Shown in pieces: positions 27,397-49,238 of a stretch of 64,000 nt of DNA. The notes under the pieces were generated by a model. It was not told the origin of the DNA and did not search any database. It was given only the letters and a program-made list of their open reading frames with translations. The stretch is taken from the NCBI GenBank assembly GCA_050613775.1, contig JBODTK010000113.1:434001-498000 (forward strand), written 5' to 3'. Source of the stretch: Neocallimastix sp. 'constans'. Lineage: Eukaryota. The first letter of the stretch is position 1. Each line of letters opens with the position of its first letter. The position numbers and the translations under genes were made by a program.

Positions 27397-28694
27397 TATA
27401 GTAAGAATAAAAAAAATAATAAATATAGTAAGAATAATAAAAATAATAAAAATAATAAAAATAATATCTTTACGACTATTTAGTAATATATTATCATCAT
27501 TTTCTAAAATAAGTTCTTTTGAATATTTTAAACTTATATAAACCATTGTTGAATGGAAATAAATAAAAATTATATAATATTAAATTAGAAGCATTATCTC
27601 TATCAAATATATTCCAATGTTAGGGTATATGAAATAATGAACCTCACTTAATACTTTTAAATCTAGTTAGGATGACATAAAATATTAGTAATGTTGATAC
27701 TGTATTAAAAATTATGCTATATTCTATATTCATACAATAATGTTAATTCCCTTATTCAATAATATTATCTATCATTTAATATAAAATTTAATATTATAAT
27801 TAATTAATATTATTAATTATAATCATTAAAAAAAAAAGTTTATAATTATTTAAAACTAGTAATAATAATAATAATTATTAATATTTCAGTATTATAATTT
27901 TTTTAATAATTCATAATATAATATAAATTATAATTTTATATTATAAAAAAAAAATAATAATAATAATAATAAAATAAACCATATGACTTTGATATGCTAT
28001 AATTAAATGATATTTTTATAATATAAAAATTCAATATTAAATATAAAAAATAATAACAATTTATTCAATTTTTAGGAGATGGTAAATTATATTTAATTTT
28101 TTTTTTTTTTTTCAATATTAATTTTAGAATTGATAGACCGTTTTTTTTTAATTATTAATTCAGATATTTAATTAAAATCAAATGTTTCATAAAAAAAAAA
28201 AAAAAAAAAAAAAAAGAATAAAATTAAATAAATAAATAATTAAAATATAAAAGAAGAAATAAATAGCAATAAATTATATATAAAAGAAGAACTAAAATAT
28301 TAAAATATACAAATATTATATTTATATATAATAATCTTAGGTATTATAAATATATACAAAAACATAAATTAATAATATGATTTTATTTATTGGATTTTAA
28401 AATTACAATTTACAGGAAAGTGAATATTAATATTTATTATTATCTATATTTAATTAAATCATCAGTTTTATTACAATAAAATAAAATAATAATTAAATAT
28501 AGAATAATTTAACATCAATGCATAATTAATGGTATCAATGGTAACTGAAAATAAAATGAAAAACAAACAAACAAAAAAAAAACTATAAAGGATTTAAAAT
28601 TCAAAATTCATATAAAGTAAATTAAAACTAATAATTGAACTTTTTTTTTAAATTAATAAAAAACTGTTACACAAGTCGAAATATTTACAATTAA

Positions 28695-28800
28695 TTATTC
28701 ATTTTATTATTTCAATAAATATTAACCTTTGATTCATTTTATTATTTCAAAAAATATTAACCTTTGATTCATTTTATTATTTCAATAAATATTAATATTA
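28695..28800. repeat. Short tandem repeat, ~33-bp unit, ~3 copies
   Basis: ATTCATTTTATTATTTCAA(T/A)AAATATTAACCTTTG repeated. Confidence 0.75.
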
Positions 28801-29158
28801 ATATTTCTTTTCATTTTAAATTTTAAACAATCAAAACAGAAGAAAATAAAAGTGTAAAAAAAAAATAAAATAAAATAAAAGTATATAAAAAAAAAAAAAA
28901 GCATATATGCATGTACAGTATCCTTTATTTCATTAAATTTTCATAATTATAATATAATCTTAAAAAAAAGTTTATTGTATTTTATAATTCAATAATAACT
29001 TTTAATTTATTTATTTTTTTAATTTATTAAATTTAAAATTTTATAAATAAATTGTTTTAATAATAATTCAAAAAATAAAAAAGATTAAATATAATAATTT
29101 AATAAAACTGTTTTTTTTTTTTATTTAAAATAAAAATTTATTAAACTATTTAAAAAAC

Positions 29159-29230
<72 letters not shown>

Positions 29231-30615
29231 TTAATTCCATAAAAATTTGAAGTAACATAAAAATAAAAAGTGAGAAAAAATAAAATTTATTATATATATA
29301 TATATTATATATATATTTGATATTCTATAATAATTAATAAAAAAAAAAAACTATTTATTTAAATATTTATTTAAATATTTATTTAATTGAATTTTTAAAC
29401 TATATGTAATATTTTTCTGTATTTTTATTATATATAAATTTTATTCTATATTATTAATATTTTATAATTATCTATTGATATTTATAAAAATAATTTTCTA
29501 ATAATGATAAAAAAAAAAATAATTTTAAATTTATTATTTTATTAATTAGTAGTTTTAAAAATTATCATCTTATTTTCTTTTTTTTAATTTAAAAATAAAT
29601 ATCTTATTTTTTTTTTTTTAATTATTTTTTTAATTCTATGTAATTTTAATATATACCTATATAATATATATAATTCATATTATTATATAAAATTATTTAA
29701 TCTATATAGAGTATAAATGCTTTTATTAGTTATTATTAAAATATATTAATGATATAGTTAATAGGAGTATAGAATATAAAATATTAATAGATAGATTAAT
29801 TTATATATAAAATTTCAAAATTTATAAATTTTATTATATTTAATTATGATAAACAAATTTAAAAAAAAAAAATATTTTGGCTATTATTTAATACAAAAAA
29901 AATCTGTAATTTCATTGGTTGGACACATTAAAAAAACATTAATATCAAATATATTATATCTATAAATAATATATAGGATAGAGCTGGAATTAAAAATAAA
30001 GCAATATATTAAAGTAAACATTAATATACGCTAATAATATAAATCTAATTTAAGTAAATTTTAATATGGAATAAAAGTTTACAGAATATATATATATATT
30101 TTATTTTTTATTTTTATTTTTTTAATTTTTATTTTTTTTTTAAAATGAATATATAATATGTAAAAGAAGGAAATATTTAGAAGGCAACATTAATTAAAAA
30201 AAAATAAAAGAACTTTAGAATAAATAAAATATTTTAATTAATGTTAGTTTGGAATATTTCATGATTTAATTTTTGATAATACCAATATAGCTATTAATTT
30301 TATACAATACTCTTATATATTAATTTATTAATTAAATATTATAAAAGGTATATTAATAAAATATAAATCGAAATATCTTTTATTTTTTCGTTATATTAAA
30401 TTTTTAAATTTAAAGAAGACAGCAAATACTCGTTAAATATATTATTATATATTTAACAAGTATTTGTTTGAAAAAAAAGAAAGGAATGAAAATAAAAATG
30501 ATATTTATATATAATTTAAAAATAACTATTAAAAAAAAAAAAAAAGAAATTTCAAATTTACCATAATTATTATTGAAAAATAAATTTATATGTATATTAT
30601 ACTATAATAATTGCT

Positions 30616-30646
<31 letters not shown>

Positions 30647-30956
30647 GAATATATGAATATATATTTAATATAAAAATATCTATTAGTTTATTATTATTAT
30701 TATTTTTTTTTTTGTTTTGTTTTGTTTTTTAAAAAAAAAAAAAAATACTTCTTAATTAATCTAAAAATATTAAAGTGGATAATATATGAAATCCACTTTA
30801 GCATAATTTTAATATATACAAAATTACTAATATTTTTTTTTTTTATTTTTTTATTTTATATTATTTAATTAAATATATATATATTAAATGTTAATATAAA
30901 TTAGTTATTTATAAAACATAAAGTTTATTCAAAAAAAAAAAAAAAAAAAAAATACT

Positions 30957-31352
30957 TGTTAAATAATTAAGGAATTCACTATTAAATATTTATTAAATGC
31001 CAAATTATTAAAAATTTAATATATATCAATAATAAAATTATATAATATAAATTTTTAAATTTTTATTTGAACAAATAATATAAAATTTTATAGTATTATA
31101 AATTTAAACTATCATTAATATATTTAGATATTTTAGATATTTTAGATATTTTAGAGTTTTAATGTTAAATAATTAAGGAATTCATTATTAAGTATTTATC
31201 AAATGCCAAATTATTAAAAATTTAATATATATCAATAATAAAATTATATGATATAAATTTTTAAATTTTTATTTGAACAAATAATATATAATTTTATTGT
31301 AATATAATTTTAAACTACTATTAATATATTTAGATATTTTAGAGTTTTAATA
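30957..31352. repeat. ~206-bp tandem duplication just upstream of the PMP22-like gene
   Basis: TGTTAAATAATTAAGGAATTCA...AAATGCCAAATTATTAAAAATTTAAT...TTTGAACAAATAAT...TTTTAGAGTTTTAAT at 30957 and again at 31163. Confidence 0.85.
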
Positions 31353-31459
31353 TTAAAACAAACGAACAGACGAAAAAATAATATAAATTCGAGAATTTAA
31401 TTCATTATATAATTTTAAAAGAAAAAATAATACTAATTAAAAAAAAAAAAAAAAAAAAA

Positions 31460-33523
31460 ATGCCAAAGGTACCATATACCAATAATATTTTATCAAAGGC
31501 TAATAATCCTTTGCCATTTCCAAATTATTTAAATACTTTATCTTTATTAACTGATACTTCCATTTCAACTGTTAGAAATTTTTTTAATGCTAATAAAAGT
31601 TTTAGTGAAGCTTTATTAATAACCATAATATCAGTCATACAAGAAGGAATTGCTTATCAAATAGTAAATCATTCAGGAACCAATTATAGTAATAATTCAA
31701 AATCATATACCAATAACACAAATTATTATTGTTGTAAAGGCGTTCCAATCAAACCACAAAAATCATCACTGAAAAAGCGTAGTAACAGTTTTAGCTATGG
31801 TAGTACATATTCTAGCAATCTTGATGATGATAATGGAGAAAGTCAGACCTATATTATTAAATGTGATGAAAGAAATCCGGAGAAGAAGAAAAATGGATTT
31901 AATAATTCTTTAAAAAATAGCAAATTAAGTCGTTCATTCTCTTCATCAAAATTATACACAAAGATCTCTTCTAATGAATTTAACAAATTTGACAAAAAAA
32001 TTAATTCAAAAACAAATCCAAAAGTATATCATAGTTCTAATTTAAAACATTGTATTACTCAAGATTTTCAAGATACCTCTCAAAATTCAGATGTCGTAGA
32101 AAATTCTTCCAAAAAGCAACCTAAAAATAAAAATAATGAACAAATCGATGATACTTCAAGATCCTGTTCTCCAACTATTAACTTATCTAATCCTTCAAAA
32201 ATTGTTCATGATAAAGATTCTGTTGATAGTGAATTTAGTTTTAAAGAAACAAAAAAGAGTAAAATAAGCGTATTTATTCTTCTAAAGAACTTATTAAGTA
32301 TATTAGATATCTTTAAGAATCTTGGTTGTTCATCATCATCAAATCATCATCATCATCAAAAACCTATTAAACCATTTGATTCTATTGAATCTCTTGATGA
32401 TAAAGAAAAATGGAAAGAATTCAATAGAATTTATAATGAAATCATGTACAATTTAAAAACAGAAGAATATTACAAAAGTAAATCACAAATATTTAAATAT
32501 AGTACAGGTTTAAATAGTCTACAGGGATGTTATTTTGATTTAGAGGATAATTCAGATGATGCTGATAATTCTGCTATTAATAGTTTGTCTATTCTTGATG
32601 AAAAAATTAGAGAAAAATCTGAAATTAAAATAATAGACATTTTATCAAGAATTAAAAAAGATACCCTTACTTTCGCAGAAATTAAAGAGTGTGGTGAATA
32701 TATGAGAAGAGTTGGCATTTATCGTATGTATTTTTTTTTTTTTTTTATTTTTTATTTTTTATTTTTTATTTATTTATATTTAATATAATATATCATTCAT
32801 ATATATATTGATTAAATATAATAAAATTTAATGTCTTAGAAAAAAAAAAAAAAAATTAATACTAATTATTAAATATATATATATATATTATTTTTTATAA
32901 AGAATTATTTATACAATGTCCAATAAATCATTTATTACGAGTAATTGCCTCGAAATTATTTTCATGTGGTGAAAAGAAATATAGTCCAATTCTAAGATTT
33001 TTATTTGTTACCTGTGTTATATCACCTATACAAATATCAAGTAATTATTTTATATATTTATTTAATGTTTTAATTTATATATATATATATAATTAAATGA
33101 TAGATGAATTATTTTGTAAATTATTACATATTACATATTAAATATTTTATAATTAAAATATTTATATATTATATTTTATTAAATATTAAAAATTTATAAC
33201 TTAAATATTTTTATATCATATTTTATATTTTATTCAATAATTTTTAATAATAATAATAATAATAACAAATAGTGAATATTCTATGTTTGGCACTCTCAAA
33301 CAAAAAGACTCCATCTGAAATAAAAAAGAGTTTCTCTAATAATTTCTCACATATTTTAAAACTTTCCTTAATTTACGTTCCATTTTCAACTCAATATTTT
33401 GCTAGAACCTTCTTACCACGTCACCTTTGGGTTCCTTTCTTTAATTTAAGTAGTTTCATTTTAGGAACTTATATTAAAGTTATCATGAAGAAAAAGGATG
33501 ATAGAAAACTTATTAATTTTTAA
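31460..33523 (+). CDS. Mpv17/PMP22 (PXMP2-like) family membrane protein with a large Ser/Asn/Lys-rich insertion; exons 31460-32723, 32903-33040, 33273-33523
   Basis: The GT-AG spliced frame is continuous: ...RRVGIYQLFIQCPINHLLRVIASKLF...ILRFLFVTCVISPIQISMNILCLAL...FARTFLPRHLWVPFFNLSSFILGTYIKVIMKKK. This matches fungal PMP22-type motifs (ISPIQN; FAQxFLPxxxWVPFFNxxxFxxGTY). The N-terminal ITIISVIQEGIA matches helix 1. Confidence 0.8.
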
Positions 33524-34518
33524 AATAAAAATAATATATATTATATTATATTATATATAATAAAACAAAAATACATAAATATATTATTTTTAAATTCTTT
33601 TAAAAAAAAAAAAAAATTTTTTAAAAAATATTAACAATTATTTGAAGGAGTAAAGGAGTGAGTAAGCTAATTAGAATTTTAGAATTGTTATAAAATAAGA
33701 ATAAAAAAAAAAAAAAAAATCTAAAATGAAGAGAAGTTTTTATTTAAAAATATTTATATATTTATTCAATTAAAAAAAAAAAAAAAAAAATACAATAGAA
33801 AAAACTTTTATATAGAATATTAAATAAATTGATAGACGATTAAAAAAAAAAAAAAAAAAAAAGATATAAATTTTGTATTCTTAAAGTAAATCAGCACAGA
33901 CAAATAATATTTAGTATATTTAAATTCACATTTATTTTTTAAAATAAAAATTTTACAAATATTAAATACAATTAATTAATACTACCTACATTTTTTTTTT
34001 TTTTCAAGAAAAATAAAAATTTTTACAAATATTAAATTTAATTAATACTACCAATATTTTATATAGAAAATATAACAATTATAAAAAAAATAATATATAT
34101 ATTTATATTTATATATATATTATATTCAAGAATAAGTAATACCAGTAACCATTTTAAATATTTTATCATTATATTTATTAATATTTAGTATATTTTAATT
34201 ATTTTTAAATGATTATCTTTTAGTGTAAAAGTTAATTAAATATAGTATAACATGTATAATTAATAGAAATGAAGGTGTAATTAGAGTTTTATTTTTTATT
34301 TTTTTATTTTTATTTTTTTTTTAAATATCATTTATTAATAAATATACATTTAGTTATTTTTATATATAAATATTATATAAATATCATAAAGTTTTATTAT
34401 TTTTTTTATTATAAAAAAAATATAATATGCAATATAAATAATAAAAACATATCCTTATCATATTCTTAAAAATAAATGAATAAATAAAAATAATAAATTA
34501 AAAATTAAAAAAGAAATA

Positions 34519-34549
<31 letters not shown>

Positions 34550-36071
34550 TATAAATTTTTAAAAATCTGGTGAATACTGTTTAAAATAATAATATATGAA
34601 CTTCTATTTCATGGAATTTTTTTCTATAATAATCATAATAATTATATTTTAATAATAATTTTATTAAAATATTTTAAACAAAAAGTTAATAATCTAATAA
34701 TTTATTAATATTTATATATACAATTTTCTAATTAATATTTTGTTTCTCTTTTCATTATTTATTTTAATTATAGTTAATTTATATAAATTTTAAAATTTAT
34801 ATAAAAAATAGAAAAAAAAAAATATAATACTTTTTTCTTACTAAGCATTTATTTGTACATATTTATTTATTTTTTTTAATCTTTATATATAATAATATTT
34901 TTTTTTTCTATTGTTCTATTTATGTTATTATAAATATATAATTAAATTTCAACAATTTATCTCCAAATTCTTTTTTTTTTTTTTTTTTATCATGAATAAC
35001 AATAATATAAATTATCATATAACTTTATTTTTTTTTTTTTTAATTTTTTAAAATTTTAAAATTTTTAAAAATAATATTAAAAAAATCTTTATATATGAAG
35101 TATTATAAGTCAGCCAATAACTATAAAAATTTTTAAAAAAAAAAACTTTTTTTTTTTTTTTTTTTTCATTTAAAGATTAAAATGTTAACCTTAAAAAGGC
35201 TAATTAGAATTTATTTATTATTCAATTATTATTTATTATTTATTATTAATTATTTATAATTTATTATTTATTATTAACGAAAATTTAAAAAAATAAGTAA
35301 ATTTTAATTATTATTATTTTTTCTATTTAATTATGATTTAAAAAAAAAAAAAAAAAAAAAACGAAAAAATGTTAGTTATTATAAAAAATATAAACTAAAA
35401 CTAAAAAAAAATAAAAAATAAAAAATAAAATAAAACGTAAATTATTATTAAAAGTAAAATAAATAATAATAATAATAATAAATAAAAAATGTATACCTAT
35501 AGAATGTAAAATGAAAGTAAAGTGATATTATATACTTTTAAGACGTAAGTAAAAAATTTTATTGTTTTAAACAATTTTACTAAATACTATCAATATATGT
35601 ATATATAAAAAAATTAATAACTTTACATGTTATTATTATATATATAATATATATGTAATAATAATATAATTATTATTACATATTATTTTTGAAAATAATG
35701 TTAATGGAATTTTTTTTTTTCTTTTTTTATAAAAAAAAATTATAATAAAATAAATAATATAAATTTTTTATTTTTAATGAATTAAATTATATAAATAATT
35801 AATAATATATTTATATTGAAATATCCCCATTTATCTTTAATTTTATTGAAACATTTATTTTTACAAAAAAAAAATAAAATAAAAAAAAAAAAATAAAATA
35901 TAATATAAAAAGATTAATAAATAATAATAAATAATAATAATAATAATAATAAAAGCAAGAGTTTTGGAGTAAAATTTAACTATATAAAATATCATTATAT
36001 CAGCATATAATAATAATCATATAATAATAATAATCAATTCATTATTTTATTTCAATCATGATATAACAGCT

Positions 36072-36108
<37 letters not shown>

Positions 36109-36392
36109 AGAAATTATTGCTAAATTATCGGGGCTTTTTTTTTTTTCTTTTTTCTTTTTTATTTTTTATTTTAATATTATAATTTAATATTTTATATTCT
36201 CTTGGCTTCAAAAAAAAAAAAAAATAAAATAAAAAATAAAAAATAAAATAAAATAAAAATAAAAATAAAAATAAAATAATTTAATATAAAATGGAATTAA
36301 TAGATATATATTCCATATATATCTATTAATTTTTTTAAAACTAAGAACCTTCTTTTCTTTTTTTTTTTTTTTATATTTATTTAATGTATAAC

Positions 36393-36459
<67 letters not shown>

Positions 36460-36689
36460 CCTTTATTAATGTATTATCTGTATTAGTATCATAATTTATT
36501 TTTATCTTATTATATTTTATTATTATTATTATTATTATTTTTTTCTGTAATAATTAATAATACGAGGAAAATATTTTTGGAATTAAATAAAAATTATATA
36601 TATATATCCAATAAAACAAAAAAATTTTTGAAAACAAAAAAAAAAGAAATCGACAAATATCTGTCATAATAGAAAGAAACTCTTTTTTT

Positions 36690-36720
<31 letters not shown>

Positions 36721-37007
36721 TACAGGAAATTTTTATATATCTTAATATATCAATAATAATAATAATAAAAATAATAATAATTACAAATTATAATAATAAT
36801 CATAATAATAATTGTAAGAATAATATCAATAATTCATAATTCATTTTATTTCATTATTATCTATTATAACATTACTTCTTATAACAAAAGACCAATAATA
36901 ATAATAATAATATAATTATTTAAACTTATTTTTCAAATATTAATTACCCAAATAATTTAAATTAAGTTATAAATATATATATATAAAATATTAAAATATT
37001 AAAATAA

Positions 37008-40968
<3,961 letters not shown>

Positions 40969-41141
40969 TAGAATTTAAAAAAAAAAAAAAAAAAAAATTA
41001 ATAAAAAAAAAACAATATAAAAAAAAAAAAAAAAAAAAAAATATTATACAATTAATAATAGTAAAAAAGAAAAACTTTAGAGTTATAATTCTTAAAAAAA
41101 AAAAAAAAGGCCAAAAGAAAAAAAAAAAGCCAAAAAAAAGC

Positions 41142-41172
<31 letters not shown>

Positions 41173-41335
41173 ACCATAACTTTATATTTTAAATTTAAAT
41201 AGACAATAATTTAAATCAAATAATATATATGTTAATTTTTTAATAACATTTTATAGATATAAATGAGAATGATACTTTTTATTTAATATTTAACATTATT
41301 AAAAAAAAAAATACCAAAGATTTATTTGAATATTC

Positions 41336-41366
<31 letters not shown>

Positions 41367-41934
41367 TCATACTCTATTTAATATATAGTATTTAAGATAT
41401 CTTTATTATTCATCTTTTTTAATATTTTTTTTTTCTTTAATATAAATTTTGATTATTAAAATATATATATTTAACCTCTTTTTTTTTTTTTATAATGAAA
41501 ATTTTTTTCATTATAATTGTTATTATTAAAATTATCATTATTATTATTAAAATTATCATTATTATCATTATTATTATCATTATTATTATCATTATTATCA
41601 TTATTTTAATTATTATTATTATTATTTTGATTTATTAAAAAAAAAAAATTTTTTTTAAAAATATTTATTAATAATTATTATTCTTTATATATATATTTAT
41701 TTATTTATTTATTTATTTATTTATTTTATCTTTCATTCTTTCAATAATAATAGTGAATAGATTTATTACTTTTTTATTTTTATTTTTTTTATTTATTTAT
41801 ATATATATCAAAAAAAAAATGTTATTAATATTTTTCAAAACTTTTTTTTTTTTCTCTACTAATTAATTAACTAATTATATATATATAGATAGATAGATAT
41901 ATTTATTTATTTGTTTATTTATTTATTTATTTGT

Positions 41935-41965
<31 letters not shown>

Positions 41966-42838
41966 TTTTATTCTAGTTTTAAATTTTTATTAATATTATT
42001 AATATTAATAATTTTATTATTATTATTATTATTATTTATATTTATATTTATATTTTTTATTTATATTTTTTTTTTTATTTATATTTTTTTTTTTATTTAT
42101 TTATATTTTTTTTTTATTCAATTATTTATCTTTTCCTTCAACGTTTTTTTTTTTTTTTTTTTTTTTTGTATTTTTTGTATCTTCAATAAATTAAATACAC
42201 ATAAAATCATATATATATACTTTTTAAATACATTAAATTATACTTTAAAAAAAATAATAATAAAAAAAAAAAATCATTTATATATAAATTAAAAATAAAA
42301 TATTTAATTATGAAATAATATTAATAAAAAATAAAAAATAAAAAAAATATGATAAAAAATAAAAATTATATAAAATAGAGAGATGAAACAAAAAAACAAA
42401 AAAAACAAAAAAAAAACATTATCACTTCTAATTATATATATATTTTTTTAATTATTATTTTATTTTATAAATTTTAATAATTTAATGTTTTTTTTTTTTT
42501 ATATTGTAATTATTATTACATTTATATATATGTTATATATATGTATATAAATATCTTATTATTTGAAGAATTCTAATTTCTTTTAAATAAAGTAATCTTT
42601 TTTTTTAAAGAATTTTTTTTTTTTTTTACATAATATTTATAATAATAATATATTACTATTAATTAATTATAAATAATATAAAATAAAATAAAATAAAATG
42701 ATTGATAATATTATTCATTTCATTTTAATAAATTATTAATATTTGTTTATCTTTTTTAAATATATACAAATGATTTTTTTTTTTTTTATGATAAATTTAT
42801 TTTTATTTAATTATTCATTCATTCATTCATTTATTCAT

Positions 42839-46244
<3,406 letters not shown>

Positions 46245-47950
46245 TTTATTTATTCTTAATTTATACTTCTTTTTATTATTTATTATTTTATACAATTTAA
46301 TATAAAATTTAAATAAATATATATACATAAAAAAATGAATATTATTAATATTAAAATACTTTTTATAAAAAAATAATTTATTGATCATATAAAATATTAA
46401 TAAATTTATGTAAAAATATTTAAATTATGAAATTTTACAATATTTTATTATTTAATAATATAAATAAATAAATTAGTAAATAAAAAACTTTTTTCAAATC
46501 TCATTTTGTTTCATGAAATATATATATATTGTTTTAAAAATAATATTTTATTTTACATTAATTTCACAATTATATACTAAATTTTTGGTTTTGGGATAAA
46601 AGATAATATTTAATTTTTCATAGATATTAACTAATATTTAAAATAATAATAAATAAATGTTTATTTGTCTATTAATTTATTGTAATTAATAAATAAATAT
46701 AATATTATCATATATTTCTGTAAAAAAAAAATATAACATATTTATTTAGATATATATATTAATCTTAATACATTTTTCTCTTTTTAGTTTCTTGATTATC
46801 TCATCATATATATGTAAAATATAAAATCCCATAAATTCATTTATTCATAAATATTCTCTTAACCATAATTTAATGGTATTATATCACCTATTACATATTA
46901 AATATTATAATATTTCTTTTTATAAAATAAAATATATACATATACATTAATTCATATATCTTTATATTTATTACCTTTTTTTTCAAAATATTAAACTTCT
47001 AAACTTTTATATATTTTTTAAAAATTTTAAAAAAAAAAAATAAAACGTTTTTATTAAGAAAAAAATTGAATATTAAAAATTCAATTTTTTAATATATATT
47101 TATATATTTATTAAAATATATATTTATATTTATTGAGTTTTTTTTTTAATAAAAATTATTAATTAAAAATTATAAATATAAATCATTTATGATTAATTTA
47201 TTTATTCATTCATTCATTCATTCATTTATTATTATATAATAAATTTATAATGTGGATGATTTATAATTAAATTAATTTAATAACTATAATAAATTTAACT
47301 ATATAATCAAATATTATTTTAAATATGTTAAATATTAAAAAGTTAAAATTAATTAATTAAATGAATTTTAATTTATAATAGTAAAGATTCAAAATTAATA
47401 TTTTTTAAAAAAAAAAAAACAGTAATAAATTATTAAATTAACAAAAAAAATAGTTAATAAAAACTCTGTTTTTATATATATATATATTTATATTATTAAC
47501 AGAAATTAATATCATTACTACTTAATATGCATTATTTTTTTTTGATTCCTATATCTAAAATCTTCCTTTTATCAATTTATAAAAGTTAATAAATTGTAAA
47601 TAAATAAATAAATAAATAAATAAATAGTATATAATAAATAAATAGTATATAATAAAAAATATATATAATTAAAAAATTTGGTAATATATATATAAGTAGT
47701 TTCTTATTTTCTAATAATATAATATAGATAAAATATAAAAATATTTATATGGAATAAAGAAATACAGACAAATAATAATAAATGTTTTTTTTTTTGTTGA
47801 TACACAAACTTCATATTTTTATTTCTAAAGAATTATAATCATTAATTATATATATGAATTTTTTTAAGTAAATAAATATAGTATATATTTTTACAGCCGC
47901 CATTATTAAGAACTTTAAACTTATTTTTTTGTTTATTAATTACATGAATA

Positions 47951-47997
<47 letters not shown>

Positions 47998-48444
47998 AAA
48001 ATAAATATTATTTGTCTAATTAGCACATAATAATATTTTAAATAATAATATATAATAAAAAGTAATATTCAAAATAAAGTATATAATAAATTCAGAAAAA
48101 ATTTCATATGCAACGAATCTCATCTCCATATTATAAGATCTTTGTTTTAAAAGGAATTCCTATTCTGGATTAGGGTTTGAATTAACTATCTTAAAGAAAT
48201 TATGGTCTTCTCCTTCAGAGGCATTGGCCATTATTTTTTATATTTAGAAATTTAAGCAAATTAGCCTAAATTTTATTATGGATAAATTAATATAAGGTAA
48301 AAAGAAATAGACCTCAAATTTAAATTTGAAAATCAGCCAAGATTTGAACATATTATCCAATAAACTTAATAAACTTAATGTTATTTTATCTGACAAAAAT
48401 AATAATAATGTGGATTAGGTAATTATAACAATAATATATTAATA

Positions 48445-48686
48445 TTATCATTCTTTTTTCCTTGTTCAATTTTCAGTGTATTACTATTATCATTCTTTTT
48501 TCCTTGTTCAATTTTCAGTGTATTACTATTATCATTTTTTTTTCCTTGTTCAATTTTCAATGTATTACTATTATCATTCTTTTTTTCTTGTTCAATTTTC
48601 AGTGTATTACTATTATCATTCTTTTTTCCTTGTTCAATTTTCAGTGTATTACTATTATCATTCTTTTTTCCTTGTTCAATTTTCAA
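48445..48686. repeat. 42-bp tandem repeat, ~6 copies (open frame KIEQGKKNDNSNTL on the minus strand)
   Basis: Unit TCATTCTTTTTTCCTTGTTCAATTTTCAGTGTATTACTATTA. Confidence 0.9.
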
Positions 48687-49238
48687 ATTTAATTATTGAA
48701 AGTAATGAAAATATAAAAAATTAAGTAAAAATATTACTGATACAATAGTTTAAAGCAAATTTTATTTAAATATCATTAAAACAGATATTTGATTTATATA
48801 AATATTCAAAATGAATAATATACATGTTTAATTATCGTTGGGCAACAATTACATAAATTATTGTTATAATTAAAATAAATATATATATTAATAGTTAACA
48901 TAAAAATTATTACATATTGATAAAAATAATTTCATTATACACATTAATTTTATTTTTGTTTATTTAAAATATTTTTCTTTTATTAATTTTTTATCTTTAA
49001 ATTCATAATATATATTTCTTTATTTTATTAATTATTATTTGTTTTCTTCAGTTTTATTTAAAAAAAATATATATATATAATAAATTTTCATATATGTAAT
49101 TAAAAAACTCAATTTAATTATTTCTATATAAAAAACAATATTGTTATTTTAATTAAAATAAAAAAAATAATCGATAATTATTAATTACTATTTAAAATTT
49201 CATTTCATTTTTTTTTAAATTATTTAATAAATTGTATT

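Noticed and set aside
26740..27780. Slightly GC-richer patches resembling decayed coding sequence (ORFs 26889, 27271)
   Set aside because: No sustained frame or recognisable motif.
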